From: an uncultured virus (IMG/VR IMGVR_UViG_3300010429_001166)
Taxonomy: Duplodnaviria > Heunggongvirae > Uroviricota > Caudoviricetes
DNA length: 64,000 nt
Direction: 5' to 3' (one strand)
Virus record (IMG/VR): IMGVR_UViG_3300010429_001166
This document shows positions 17,820 through 27,493 of this stretch, in pieces. Positions within the stretch are counted from its first letter, which is position 1, and every line of letters starts with the position of its first letter. The position numbers and the translations under genes were made by a program. The notes under the pieces were generated by a model, which was not told the DNA's origin, did not search any database, and was given only the letters and a program-made list of their open reading frames with translations.

Positions 17820-20193
17820 GAGTCTCTACACCGCACCGCAAGGGCTGGCCGACATGCCGGACGCAGAAGCCCCGGCGCTCGAAATCGAGCTTGAAAGCGA
17901 GATGCCGGAGGAGGGTGAGCCCACCGAGGCGGTGACGCCACCGGGACACGATGAAAACCTCGCTGAAACCATCGAAGAAAGCGTGCTCGCCACGCTGCGT
18001 TCAGAGATTCTTGAAGACGTACGCAACGATCTGAACACCCGCAAGGATTGGGAACAGACGCTCACCGAGGGCATCAAGCTGCTGGGCATGCGCTACGAGG
18101 AGATGAACGAGCCGTGGGAAGGTGCCTGCGGCGTGTTCCACCCAGTAATGGGCGAAGCAGCGGTGCGCTTCCAGTCGGAAGCGGTGATGGAGACATTCCC
18201 TGCGAGCGGGCCGGTCAAGACGGCCATCATCGGCCAGCAGACCCCGGAGAAGGTGGAGGCAGCCAAGCGCGTGCGCGAGGATATGAACTACCAACTCACC
18301 GAAGTGATGAGCGAGTATCGCGCCGAGCACGAGCGCATGCTGTTCTCGCTGTCACCGATGGGTTGCGCATTCAAGAAGGTGTACTACGACACCACGCGTG
18401 GCAGGCCCGCAGCACCCTTCATACCTGCCGAAGACATCATCCTGCCGTACGGATCGTCACAACTGGCTTCGTCACCGCGCATCACGCACCGCATGCGCAA
18501 GACCAAGAACGACCTCCTGAAGCTGATGGACAGCGGGTTCTACAAGAAGTACGACCTGACGGACCCGGCCACGCAGGTGGACGAGTTGAAGCAGGCCAAG
18601 GATGAAGAAATCGGCATGAAGGAGCTAACGCCGTCGCTCTTCACGCTGTACGAGGTGCACGGCGAATACGTCGTTGAGGATGACGACGAGACAGGCATTG
18701 CTGCACCCTACGTCATCACGATTCTGGAAGACACCGATGAGGTGCTGTCCATCCGGCGCAACTGGCTGGAGGGCGACGTGCTCAAGATTGCGCGTCAGCA
18801 CTTCGTCAAGTACGACTACATCCCCGGCTTCGGCCCCTACGGCTTCGGTCTGATCCACCTGATCGGCGGCTTTGCGAAGAGCGCGACCAGCATCCTGCGT
18901 CAACTGGTCGATGCAGGCACGCTCAGTAACCTCCCGGGCGGCTTCAAAACGGCAGGTATGCGCGTCAAGGACGACCAGACGCCCATCTCTCCGGGCGAAT
19001 TCCGCGATGTCGAGGTGCCCGGTGGCACGCTGAAGGAGAACATCGTCCCGCTGCCGTACGAGGAGCCCAGTGCGGTGCTGGCGGGGATGCTGGACAAGAT
19101 CATCGAGGATGCGCGCCGCTTTGCATCGACGGCGGACATGGACGTGAGCGACATGAGTGCGCAGGCACCGGTCGGAACGACAATGGCACTGCTGGAGCGT
19201 GCGCTGAAGGTGATGAGTGCGGTGCAGGCGCGGGTGCACTTCTCGTTCAAGCAGGAGTTGAAGCTGCTCGCGGGGATCATCCGCGACTACGCGCCGGACG
19301 AGTACGACTACGACCCGGAGAACGCACCGCGTGGGGCACGCAAATCCGACTACGAGTACGTCGAAATTATCCCGGTGAGCGATCCGAACGCGTCAACCAT
19401 GTCGCAGCGGATCGTGATGTGGCAGGCGGTGATGCAGTTGGCGGAGAAAGCACCGCAGTTGTACGACCAGCGCGAGCTTCATCGGCAGGTGCTGGAGACG
19501 TTCGGTGTGCCCAACATCCAGAAGCTCCTCCCCGGCATGCAGGACTTGCCGCCGATGGACCCGGTAACGGAGAACATGAACGCGCTCAACGGCAAACCAG
19601 TGAAGGCGCATCTGCATCAGGATCACAACGCGCACCTGATGGTTCACAACAACATGCTGCAAGACCCGATGATCCAGCAGCAGATCGGCCAGAACCCGCA
19701 GGCGCAGATGATCATGGGCGGTTTGATGGCCCACATCACCGAGCACGTCGCATTCCAGTACCGCCAGCAGCTTGAAAAGAACCTTGGTGTGCCTCTGCCG
19801 CCGCCCGATCAGCCGCTGCCGCCCGAAATCGAAGTCAAACTGGCTCCGCTCATCGCACAAGCGTCGCAGATGCTGCTCGCGCAGGATCAGATCGCCGCCG
19901 CGCAACAGCAACAGCAGGAAATGCTGCAAGACCCCATGTATCAACTCGAAAAAGAGAAGAACGAACTCAAGCGGCTCGAAATCGAGCGCAAAGAGCAGGA
20001 TTCGACACGCGATTACAACATCGCGCAGGGCAAATTGGCCGTCGAAAGAGCGCGTTTGGGAGCCGATGTGAACCTCAAAGGCATCGGCATGGGCGTCGAT
20101 TTAGCGAAAGCCCGACTGCAGGCTCAATCCGCAGAGCGTAAAGCGTCACAAGCAGCGCAGAAGCCTGCTGCGAAGCCGAAAGCAACGAAATGA
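17812..20193 (+). CDS. Portal protein
   Basis: About 790 aa after terL; FKKVYYD, GFGLIHLIGG, LVDAGTLSNLPGG motifs; Gln-rich coiled C-terminal barrel as in P22-like portals. Confidence 0.9.
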   Translation: MDKSLYTAPQGLADMPDAEAPALEIELESEMPEEGEPTEAVTPPGHDENLAETIEESVLATLRSEILEDVRNDLNTRKDWEQTLTEGIKLLGMRYEEMNEPWEGACGVFHPVMGEAAVRFQSEAVMETFPASGPVKTAIIGQQTPEKVEAAKRVREDMNYQLTEVMSEYRAEHERMLFSLSPMGCAFKKVYYDTTRGRPAAPFIPAEDIILPYGSSQLASSPRITHRMRKTKNDLLKLMDSGFYKKYDLTDPATQVDELKQAKDEEIGMKELTPSLFTLYEVHGEYVVEDDDETGIAAPYVITILEDTDEVLSIRRNWLEGDVLKIARQHFVKYDYIPGFGPYGFGLIHLIGGFAKSATSILRQLVDAGTLSNLPGGFKTAGMRVKDDQTPISPGEFRDVEVPGGTLKENIVPLPYEEPSAVLAGMLDKIIEDARRFASTADMDVSDMSAQAPVGTTMALLERALKVMSAVQARVHFSFKQELKLLAGIIRDYAPDEYDYDPENAPRGARKSDYEYVEIIPVSDPNASTMSQRIVMWQAVMQLAEKAPQLYDQRELHRQVLETFGVPNIQKLLPGMQDLPPMDPVTENMNALNGKPVKAHLHQDHNAHLMVHNNMLQDPMIQQQIGQNPQAQMIMGGLMAHITEHVAFQYRQQLEKNLGVPLPPPDQPLPPEIEVKLAPLIAQASQMLLAQDQIAAAQQQQQEMLQDPMYQLEKEKNELKRLEIERKEQDSTRDYNIAQGKLAVERARLGADVNLKGIGMGVDLAKARLQAQSAERKASQAAQKPAAKPKATK

Positions 20194-20381
20194 TGATCCA
20201 CGACTTCGCGCAACGCCTGTTGAATGAGCTTGAAGCGCGCATCAAGACGAAAACGACCGGGATTCTCAATGGAAACCTGTCGCCTGAAGAGTATCGAACC
20301 GCCACTGGGCACTACCAAGCTCTTGCCCAGACCGTGGCGTTCATAAAAGAGCTTGCAAAGAAGGCAGAAAACGATGAGTGA
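20190..20381 (+). CDS. Small head-region protein
   Basis: EYR---G-YQAL motif typical of the gene after the portal. Confidence 0.7.
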   Translation: MMIHDFAQRLLNELEARIKTKTTGILNGNLSPEEYRTATGHYQALAQTVAFIKELAKKAENDE

Positions 20382-20733
20382 GAAGCAGGTGGACGACCGC
20401 AAGATGCCAGAACCCGTTGGGTTCAAGATTCTGTGCGCGGTGCCGAAAGTTGACGACAAATTCGGTGATACGGGGCTCGTGAAGCCCGATTCGCAAATCA
20501 AGATCGAGGAACACAGCACCGTTGTGCTCTTCGTTCTGAAGCTCGGCCCGCACGCGTACAAGGATGCAGAGCGCTTTCCGCACGGCGGATGGTGCAAAGA
20601 AGGGGACTTCATCCTTGTGCGCGCGTACACCGGCACACGCTTCCGGGTTGACGGACAGGAATTCCGAGTGATCAACGACGATCAGGTTGAAGCGATTGTC
20701 GATGACCCGCGCAAGCTATCAAGGGCCGTGTGA
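20374..20733 (+). CDS. groES: GroES-like co-chaperonin
   Basis: P-G-KIL, mobile-loop region, V-KLGP, K-GD-I, YTGT, DG-EFR-INDD-V-A motifs. Confidence 0.88.
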   Translation: MSEKQVDDRKMPEPVGFKILCAVPKVDDKFGDTGLVKPDSQIKIEEHSTVVLFVLKLGPHAYKDAERFPHGGWCKEGDFILVRAYTGTRFRVDGQEFRVINDDQVEAIVDDPRKLSRAV

Positions 20734-20744
20734 TGGAGAAGAGC

Positions 20745-21695
20745 ATGGATCAAGAACAATTCAAGTTCCCCCACGAAGAGGGCGAAGCGCCGGAAGACGA
20801 CAAGAAAGCTGTCACTCCGGAGGGTGAAGACGAAATCGAAGTCGTTGACGACACGCCCGAACAGGATCGTGGGAGGCGTCCGGTTGGCAAGACCGCTGAT
20901 GAGATTGCACCTGACGACGAGGTGAAGCAGTACAGCGCGCAGGTGCAACAGCGCATCAAAGAGATGAAGCGCAGCTACCACGACGAGCGCCGTGCGAAGG
21001 AAGCAGCGGAGCGCGAGCGCGATGAAGCGGTGAAGGCCGCGCAGTATTACCACGCGCAGACGCGCAAGCTCGCTGAGACAGTCACGACGACCACGAAGGA
21101 GAGTGCGGTCCACGCGAAGGCCGCTGCTGAAACCGAACTTTCTGCGGCGGAAGCGGAGCTTGAGAAGGCGTACGAGTCCGGTGATGCGAAGGCGGCGGCG
21201 AAGGCCACACGCAGCATTGCGGAAGCGCAGGCGAAACTGGTCAAAGCGCAAACTTTGCCAACAACCCCTTTACAGCCGCAGTTTAATGGCGTACAAACGC
21301 CCCCAACGGACCAGCAACGTCCCGATCCGAAAGCTGAACGTTGGCAACAGGCCAACCAGTGGTTCGGGTCGGATGACGAGATGACGAGCTTCGTGCTGGG
21401 TCTGCATCGGAAACTCGTCAAGCAAGGCGTCGATCCCCGTAGCGATGGTTACTACGCGAGCATCGACAAGCGCATGCGGGAGGTATTCCCCGATCAGTTC
21501 GGGGATGAGGAGTCCCCGCCTCCACAGGCTCAAAGCAAGCCTGCCGCTACTGTCGTAGCGCCTCCCACGCGGTCATCCGCGCCAAAGAAGATCACGATTA
21601 CCAAGTCGCAGGAAGCGCTTGCCCACCGGCTAGGCATCTCCGTGCAGGAGTACGCGCGACAAGTTCAACTACTGGAGCAACGCAAGAATGGATAA
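20745..21695 (+). CDS. Capsid scaffolding protein (putative)
   Basis: Acidic N-terminus, coiled coil, C-terminal LA-RLGIS--EYA; upstream of the capsid genes. Confidence 0.75.
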   Translation: MDQEQFKFPHEEGEAPEDDKKAVTPEGEDEIEVVDDTPEQDRGRRPVGKTADEIAPDDEVKQYSAQVQQRIKEMKRSYHDERRAKEAAERERDEAVKAAQYYHAQTRKLAETVTTTTKESAVHAKAAAETELSAAEAELEKAYESGDAKAAAKATRSIAEAQAKLVKAQTLPTTPLQPQFNGVQTPPTDQQRPDPKAERWQQANQWFGSDDEMTSFVLGLHRKLVKQGVDPRSDGYYASIDKRMREVFPDQFGDEESPPPQAQSKPAATVVAPPTRSSAPKKITITKSQEALAHRLGISVQEYARQVQLLEQRKNG

Positions 21696-22131
21696 CCGCA
21701 AACCGAGAGTGCTGGAAACGCGTGAGAGTGGCTATGTGTATCAGCCGCCGAGCGCGCTGCCGTCGCCCAATCCGGAAGATGGCTATGGCTTTCGGTGGAT
21801 TGCGCTGTCCGTTCTGGGTCAACCTGACCCGGCTAACACGTCGAAGCGTTTTCGTGAAGGCTGGGAACCGGTGAAGGCTGCGGACCATCCTGAGTTGACG
21901 ATTGCCGCGAACGGAGAGGGCAACATCGAGATGGGCGGGCTGATTCTGTGCAAGGCACCGACCGAGATGATTGAAGGGCGCACGCGCTACTACGCGACGC
22001 ACGCCCAGCAGCAAGTTGCGTCGGTAAATGCGCAGTTCATGAATCACAACAACCCCAAGATGCCGCTGTTCAACGAAAACCGCAGTGAAACGCAGGTTGG
22101 TCGCAGCGAATTTGGGTCTGGAACCAAGTAA
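21688..22131 (+). CDS. Conserved head-region protein
   Basis: FRWI...REGWEPV...GGLILCK motif. Confidence 0.7.
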   Translation: MDNRKPRVLETRESGYVYQPPSALPSPNPEDGYGFRWIALSVLGQPDPANTSKRFREGWEPVKAADHPELTIAANGEGNIEMGGLILCKAPTEMIEGRTRYYATHAQQQVASVNAQFMNHNNPKMPLFNENRSETQVGRSEFGSGTK

Positions 22132-22146
22132 ACAGGAGAACACGGA

Positions 22147-22737
22147 ATGGCAAGCGTTGCCTCTCCCTACGGCCTCCGCCCCTACAACATGTTGGGTGGT
22201 CGCCCGAATACGGGTGGTGCCATGCGTCTCGTCCCGATGACTGTCAATAGTGCGACGGCCATCTATACGGGCGACGTGGTGCTGCTCGGCGCTGCTTCTG
22301 CTGGTCAACCCACTGCCGCTGCTGCGACGGTGACGACTTCGACCGGTGGTGTGGCAGGTGTGTGCGTCGGTGTGCAGTATTACGACCCCACGCTGAAATA
22401 CTTCCTCACGGCGCAGTACCTCCCCGCCAACGCAATTTCGAACGGCTACACGGGCGTGTCGATCATGGTCAACGACGACCCGGATCAACTGTTCGTCGTG
22501 CAAGCGGTCGGATCGGTTGCGGCGACGGTGCGCGGCAAGTTCGCGGCGCTGGAGAACTTCGGCGGCAGCGCAGTGACGGGTGTCTCGTCGGTGCGTCTGT
22601 CCACCCCGGCCAACACGGCAACGCTGGCGGTTCGCATCGTTGATTTCGTGGACGCGGGTTCCGCCTTCACCGATTGTGTGGTGCGGTTCAACGTTGGTGT
22701 GCACATGTACACCAGCAACACCGTGCTGGCGAACTAA
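22147..22737 (+). CDS. Head decoration / minor capsid protein (putative)
   Basis: PYGLRP, IYTGDVV, DDPDQLF motifs; directly before the major capsid gene. Confidence 0.65.
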   Translation: MASVASPYGLRPYNMLGGRPNTGGAMRLVPMTVNSATAIYTGDVVLLGAASAGQPTAAAATVTTSTGGVAGVCVGVQYYDPTLKYFLTAQYLPANAISNGYTGVSIMVNDDPDQLFVVQAVGSVAATVRGKFAALENFGGSAVTGVSSVRLSTPANTATLAVRIVDFVDAGSAFTDCVVRFNVGVHMYTSNTVLAN

Positions 22738-22750
22738 GAGGAGCATGTAA

Positions 22751-23659
22751 ATGGCAATCAGTCGTGCACAACTCCTCAAGGAACTGCTCCCCGGTCTGAA
22801 CGGCCTGTTCGGTCTGGAGTACAAGCAGTACGGTGAGGAACACACTCAAATCTACGATTCGGAAACGTCGGATCGCAGCTTTGAAGAGGAAGCGAAGCTG
22901 GCCGGTTTTGCTGCTGCTCCGGGCAAGACGGAAGGCGCGGCAGTCGCTTACGAGTCGGCGCAGGAGATGTGGACTGCCCGTTGGACCCACGAAACGGTCG
23001 CGCTGGGCTTCGCCCTGACCGAAGAAGCGGTGGAAGACAACCTGTACGACTCGCTTTCGAAGCGTTACACCAAGGCGCTGGCGCGAGCGATGGCGTACAC
23101 GAAGCAGGTGCGGGCCTCTGCGCTGCTCAACAACGGATTCACGTCCGCTGCTGGCGGTGACGGCAAGAACCTGTTCGCCACGGACCACCCGCTGCTCAAC
23201 GGCAGCACCAACTCCAATCGCCCCACTACGGGTGCCGACCTGAACGAAACGTCGCTGGAAGCAGCGGTGATTCAGATGGCCGCGTGGACGGACGAGAAGG
23301 GGCTGCTGATCGCCGCCAAGCCGGTCAAGCTGATCATCCCGACTGCTTACATGTTCGTCGCCAAGCGACTGCTGGACTCGCCGCTGCGCTCGGGCACGTC
23401 GGACAATGATCTGAACGCGCTGAAGTCGATGGGCACGATCCCCGGTGGCTGGTCGATCAACCACTGGCTGACGGACCCGAACGCGTGGTTCATCAAGACC
23501 GACGTTCCGAACGGCATGAAGCACTTCACGCGCGTTGCGATGAGCACCGGAATGGATGGCGATTTTGACACCGGCAACGTGCGCTACAAGGCGCGTGAAC
23601 GGTACTCGTTTGGCTTCGGTGATCCGCTCGGCATGTGGGGTTCGCCGGGTTCGACGTAA
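22751..23659 (+). CDS. Major capsid protein (Mu gpT-like family)
   Basis: MAISRAQLLKELLPGLN..., EEAVEDNLY, DFDTGNVRYKARERYSFG; strong GAGGAG RBS; followed by a terminator. Confidence 0.92.
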   Translation: MAISRAQLLKELLPGLNGLFGLEYKQYGEEHTQIYDSETSDRSFEEEAKLAGFAAAPGKTEGAAVAYESAQEMWTARWTHETVALGFALTEEAVEDNLYDSLSKRYTKALARAMAYTKQVRASALLNNGFTSAAGGDGKNLFATDHPLLNGSTNSNRPTTGADLNETSLEAAVIQMAAWTDEKGLLIAAKPVKLIIPTAYMFVAKRLLDSPLRSGTSDNDLNALKSMGTIPGGWSINHWLTDPNAWFIKTDVPNGMKHFTRVAMSTGMDGDFDTGNVRYKARERYSFGFGDPLGMWGSPGST

Positions 23660-23664
23660 GAAGC

Positions 23665-23687
23665 AACGGGGCTTCGGCCTCGTTTTT
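23665..23687 (+). terminator. Rho-independent terminator
   Basis: AACGGGGC-TTCG-GCCTCGTT followed by TTT. Confidence 0.8.
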
Positions 23688-23697
23688 CCGCGTATCG

Positions 23698-23753
23698 GGT
23701 CCGGTGGCTGACGCGGCAGACGGTGTAGAGACACCGGACCAACCTCCCTACAC
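23698..23753 (+). ncRNA. Structured cis-RNA downstream of the capsid gene (Mu-gpT-DE-like motif candidate)
   Basis: GGTCCGGTG/CACCGGACC stem; loop GTGTAG complementary to CTACAC next to the RBS. Confidence 0.6.
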
Positions 23754-23764
23754 AGGAGAACGAA

Positions 23765-24193
23765 TTGGGAACCAGCACGTTTTCTGGCCCGCTGCGGGCC
23801 GGTACACAGCGCGAGGGTGCGCAAGCCAATGTCGGCAGTGCCACGCTGACGCAGACTGTTTCGCTGCCGTGGAAGGCCGCGAGTCTCGTCGCCGAAGCGA
23901 TTTTCTACCTGCCCGCGAACGCGACTATCCTGCGTGTGTGGGGCGACCCCACGACGGTGTTCAACAGTACGGGCGCGTCAACGCTGACCTTCGGTACGGC
24001 ATCAGCGGGCACGCAGTATGGCGGCTCGCTGGACGTGAAGACGGCGGGGATCAAGGAAGCGACCTCGACGGCTGCCATCGCTGCGGCGAAGGCGAACATC
24101 GGTACGAACACCGCGCTGTACGCGACGGTGACTTCGGCGGATCAACCTTCGGCGGGCGCGGTTCAGGTTTTCGTTCAGTACATCCAGAACTAA
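23765..24193 (+). CDS. Virion structural protein (TFSGP N-terminus)
   Basis: TTG start after AGGAGA; small-residue, beta-rich composition. Confidence 0.7.
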   Translation: MGTSTFSGPLRAGTQREGAQANVGSATLTQTVSLPWKAASLVAEAIFYLPANATILRVWGDPTTVFNSTGASTLTFGTASAGTQYGGSLDVKTAGIKEATSTAAIAAAKANIGTNTALYATVTSADQPSAGAVQVFVQYIQN

Positions 24194-24206
24194 CAGGGGG
24201 TAAGCC

Positions 24207-24536
24207 ATGGCTCGCCCCTTTGTTGTGACGCAGACAGGCGCAGGCTCGTCTGTTGTCTATCCGTTCAACCTGAACATCACACCGGGCAACATCGCCATCG
24301 GGTGCGTGGTCAGTGGCACGGTGAACTTCACTGTGCAGCACACGTACGAAGACCCGTTTGCGGCGACGTTCAACCCGGCTACGGCGGTGTGGTTCAGTCA
24401 TCCCACGCTCGTCAATCTGACCGCCAACGCCGAGAGCAACTACGCGTATCCGCCACGCGCTGTGCGCGTCACTGTGAATTCCGGTTCGGGATCAGTGACG
24501 ATGACGGTGATTCAGGCGGGTGTGTCGGGAGGCTAA
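24207..24536 (+). CDS. Virion structural protein
   Basis: TVQHT-ED...NYAYP--AVRV motif. Confidence 0.7.
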   Translation: MARPFVVTQTGAGSSVVYPFNLNITPGNIAIGCVVSGTVNFTVQHTYEDPFAATFNPATAVWFSHPTLVNLTANAESNYAYPPRAVRVTVNSGSGSVTMTVIQAGVSGG

Positions 24537-25106
24537 ATGAGCGGCATTGTTGGCGCTGAACACGGCGGTGCGGGCGCGACGGATACGTTTGCTGCCACGC
24601 TGAAACTCCTCACCGACAAGGAGGAACTGGAACGCCGCCTCGCGCTGCTGGAGCAGACGCGAAAGAACGCAGCCGAAGTGGTTGCACTCGCTGGTCCTGC
24701 CAGCGAGATTGTCGAGATGCGCAAGAAGGTCGGTGAAGACCGCGACGCCGCGAAACTGACGTTGGATCAGGCGCGGCAGCAGGCTGCACTGATCGTTGAT
24801 GAGGCGCGTACTCGCGCAGCGGGCGTGGTTGAGGAGGCGCACGCACTAAAACAGCAGTCGGCGGAAGTGCTGGTGAAGGCAAAGGCCACTGCAAAAGAGG
24901 TTGAGGCAGCCGCACAGGAGCAGTTTGCGAAAGCGGAAGCTGCGCTGCAGGACGCGCAGATGCAGGCCACGCTGGCGGAAGACGCCAAGAAGCAGGCCAA
25001 CCGCGAAATCAAACTCGCACAGGCTGCGAAAGCTGAATACGAAGAGAAGGCGCGGTCGGTTGCTGCAGTCGTTGAGCAGTTCCGTGCTTCACTGGGTGGG
25101 GTGTAG
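24537..25106 (+). CDS. Coiled-coil protein
   Basis: Ala/Glu/Lys heptad pattern. Confidence 0.65.
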   Translation: MSGIVGAEHGGAGATDTFAATLKLLTDKEELERRLALLEQTRKNAAEVVALAGPASEIVEMRKKVGEDRDAAKLTLDQARQQAALIVDEARTRAAGVVEEAHALKQQSAEVLVKAKATAKEVEAAAQEQFAKAEAALQDAQMQATLAEDAKKQANREIKLAQAAKAEYEEKARSVAAVVEQFRASLGGV

Positions 25107-25108
25107 GA

Positions 25109-25543
25109 ATGCCTAAATCGACTCCAGCGTGCAATAGCCTGCTTGCGCTGATCTTCAACGGTACGACGTGGAACGACATCGCGGAAAACGATTCGACTTC
25201 CCCGGCAGCGAACCTGTACGTGAGCCTGCACACGGCTGATCCCGGTGTTGGCGGCGCGCAGACGACCAGCGAGACGGCGTACACGAACTACACGCGCATC
25301 GCGGTTGCGCGCACGACGGGTGGCTGGGACGTGCCCTCTGGCAGCGGTACGCAGAACGCGGCGCTGATCCAGTTCGCGCAGTGTGGTGTGACTGGAGCAA
25401 CCGTGACACACGTTGCCATCGGCACTGCCTCTTCCGGCGCAGGACTCGTCCTGTATGCGGGTTCGCTGTCGTCATCGCTGGCGGTGGCCAATGGCATCCA
25501 GCCGCAGTTCGCTGCGGGTGCTCTCAATGTGGTGGAGTCGTGA
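25109..25543 (+). CDS. Tail fibre-associated structural protein (paralogue A)
   Basis: LYVSLHTADPG...E-AYT-Y-R-AVARTTGGW. Confidence 0.7.
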   Translation: MPKSTPACNSLLALIFNGTTWNDIAENDSTSPAANLYVSLHTADPGVGGAQTTSETAYTNYTRIAVARTTGGWDVPSGSGTQNAALIQFAQCGVTGATVTHVAIGTASSGAGLVLYAGSLSSSLAVANGIQPQFAAGALNVVES

Positions 25544-25719
25544 TCATCTACACGTGCATGTACTGCGGGAAGATTGCCGAGAGGCAGTTCGATTGTGGCT
25601 TCGTGCGCACGTGCGCGCACAAGGACAGCCCTATCGTCGCAAGCGTGAGTGCCACGGTGCGTGGTGACAGCAACATCGGGATGAAGGATGCCGTTCCGCA
25701 ACCTACGCCAGCTAACTGA
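25540..25719 (+). CDS. Small Cys-rich protein
   Basis: GTG start overlapping the upstream stop; CxxC...C-H. Confidence 0.5.
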   Translation: MIIYTCMYCGKIAERQFDCGFVRTCAHKDSPIVASVSATVRGDSNIGMKDAVPQPTPAN

Positions 25720-26590
25720 CGCCACTGAGGGCAAGACGTGGATCAGTTCGTACCGTAAAGCGGTCGCTGCAACAGCGACGGTTGCGGGGCAGTGGTACGA
25801 CTATTCGTACGCTGGCGGCAACCCCATTGCCAACTACTACGCGGCGTCGCCACTGGTGTCTTCTGTTCTGGAAGCGGACAAGGGCATCATCGTCCCTTCC
25901 GTACCTGCGGGTTCGAAGCAGTTCCTGCATCGCTGGATGGCGATGAGCGCAGCAGCGAGTGCTACGTCAACCACAAATCAAAACCAGCAGATGTACATGC
26001 TGGACTACCTGCTCTACTACCCATTCGTGGACATGGATGCGGCTGGTGAAGACCAGACGATGGCGCAGACGCAGGTGTTGCCGCGCTACACCGATGGTGT
26101 GGGTGTGCAGATGATGGTGGTGGCGCAGTCGGGCACGGTGGGTGGCGGGCGCTTCACGATCACGTACACCGACACGACCGACACGCAGCGCACGACGACC
26201 AGCATGTTCTGTGGGGCTGCGGCTGCAGCAGGGTCGCTCGTCAACGCGGTTCTCGCCACTGGCGGGCTCACTCCATTCGTGCCGTTGGCAGCAGGTGTGC
26301 GCGGTGTGAAGAGCGTGCAGTCGGTCAACTTCTCCGTGGCCAATGGCGGTCTGTGCTGTGTGGTGTTGGTCAAGCCGTTGGTGGACTCGTGGATACGCGA
26401 GGAAGCGCGCAGGACGACGAGCGGCACGATTGAATCGTTTGGCGACGCCATGGAAGTGGAGATTCCGCGCACGCGTGCGGGCATGGTGGAGATACAGAAC
26501 GGCGCATTTCTCGGCATTCTCGGGCGTGGCGCAGCCGGTTCACTTGCTTCTTCGGTGCTGGTAGGCACTGTGGAAACGGTCTGGGGATAG
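25688..26590 (+). CDS. Virion structural protein (paralogue of 26592-27488)
   Basis: VAGQW-D, PR-TDGVG, PFVPLAAG--G, VLVKPL motifs. Confidence 0.7.
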   Translation: MPFRNLRQLTDATEGKTWISSYRKAVAATATVAGQWYDYSYAGGNPIANYYAASPLVSSVLEADKGIIVPSVPAGSKQFLHRWMAMSAAASATSTTNQNQQMYMLDYLLYYPFVDMDAAGEDQTMAQTQVLPRYTDGVGVQMMVVAQSGTVGGGRFTITYTDTTDTQRTTTSMFCGAAAAAGSLVNAVLATGGLTPFVPLAAGVRGVKSVQSVNFSVANGGLCCVVLVKPLVDSWIREEARRTTSGTIESFGDAMEVEIPRTRAGMVEIQNGAFLGILGRGAAGSLASSVLVGTVETVWG

Positions 26591-26591
26591 C

Positions 26592-27488
26592 ATGGGGTAC
26601 TCGTCACTTGACGATCTTGTGAATCAGATTTCGACCAACGGCAAGTTCGGTCGGATCGACTACAACAAGACGACTGCGGTTGCGGGCGTTGCGGGTACGT
26701 GGACCGATCTGGGCACGGCAACGGGCTCTGTCCCTGCGAGCACTTACGCGGGCACGTCGTTGACGTACGTACCGACTGACGATACGTGGTCGGAAGGTGC
26801 GGTGTGGCACGGTGGGAACGTCTCCACCGCGACCAAACACTTCCTCAATGCAGGTGCATCGATCTTCGCTGCAGCGGGCGCACCGTGGATTCTCATGTGC
26901 GTCGATCAGGTTGGGTACGTGCCGATCACTGGTGCGGATGTCACTGGCACGGGCGCACGCACGATCACGATGACGGCGCTGGATAGCGGCGCGCGTTGGC
27001 CCAATGGTGTTGGTCTGCGTGCGTACTTCTCTACCGAAGTGGCACCCACGGCGGGTGGTCCGAATCTGACTGCGATGACGTACACCAATCAAGCGGGTAC
27101 GGCGGGCAAATCCATCGGTGTGACGGTGGGTTTCGCAGCCACGCCCGTTACGGGCATGGTGCCACACTCAGGCAACGCGGCGACGCGCTACGCACCCTTC
27201 TTGCCGCTCGCCGTTGGCGACTACGGCATCCGCGATCTGGAAGCGTTCACGCTTTCCACGGGTACGGCGTATACGGGCTCCGGCCAACTTGTGCTGCATC
27301 TGGTCAAGCCGTTGTGGTCGATTCCGATTCCGGCGAGTGGCATCTATTCGGAGCGCGATTTCGTCAACCAGCTTCCGTCGCTACCGAATATTCCCGATGC
27401 GGCGTGTCTGAAATTTCTGGTGTTCCAGACCGGTGCCACGACTAGCGCATCGCCTCTTATAGTCTCAGCGGACTATGGCTGGAACTGA
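26592..27488 (+). CDS. Virion structural protein
   Basis: VAGTWTD, R--NGVG, PFLPLAVGD-G, LVKPL motifs. Confidence 0.7.
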   Translation: MGYSSLDDLVNQISTNGKFGRIDYNKTTAVAGVAGTWTDLGTATGSVPASTYAGTSLTYVPTDDTWSEGAVWHGGNVSTATKHFLNAGASIFAAAGAPWILMCVDQVGYVPITGADVTGTGARTITMTALDSGARWPNGVGLRAYFSTEVAPTAGGPNLTAMTYTNQAGTAGKSIGVTVGFAATPVTGMVPHSGNAATRYAPFLPLAVGDYGIRDLEAFTLSTGTAYTGSGQLVLHLVKPLWSIPIPASGIYSERDFVNQLPSLPNIPDAACLKFLVFQTGATTSASPLIVSADYGWN

Positions 27489-27493
27489 TAGAC

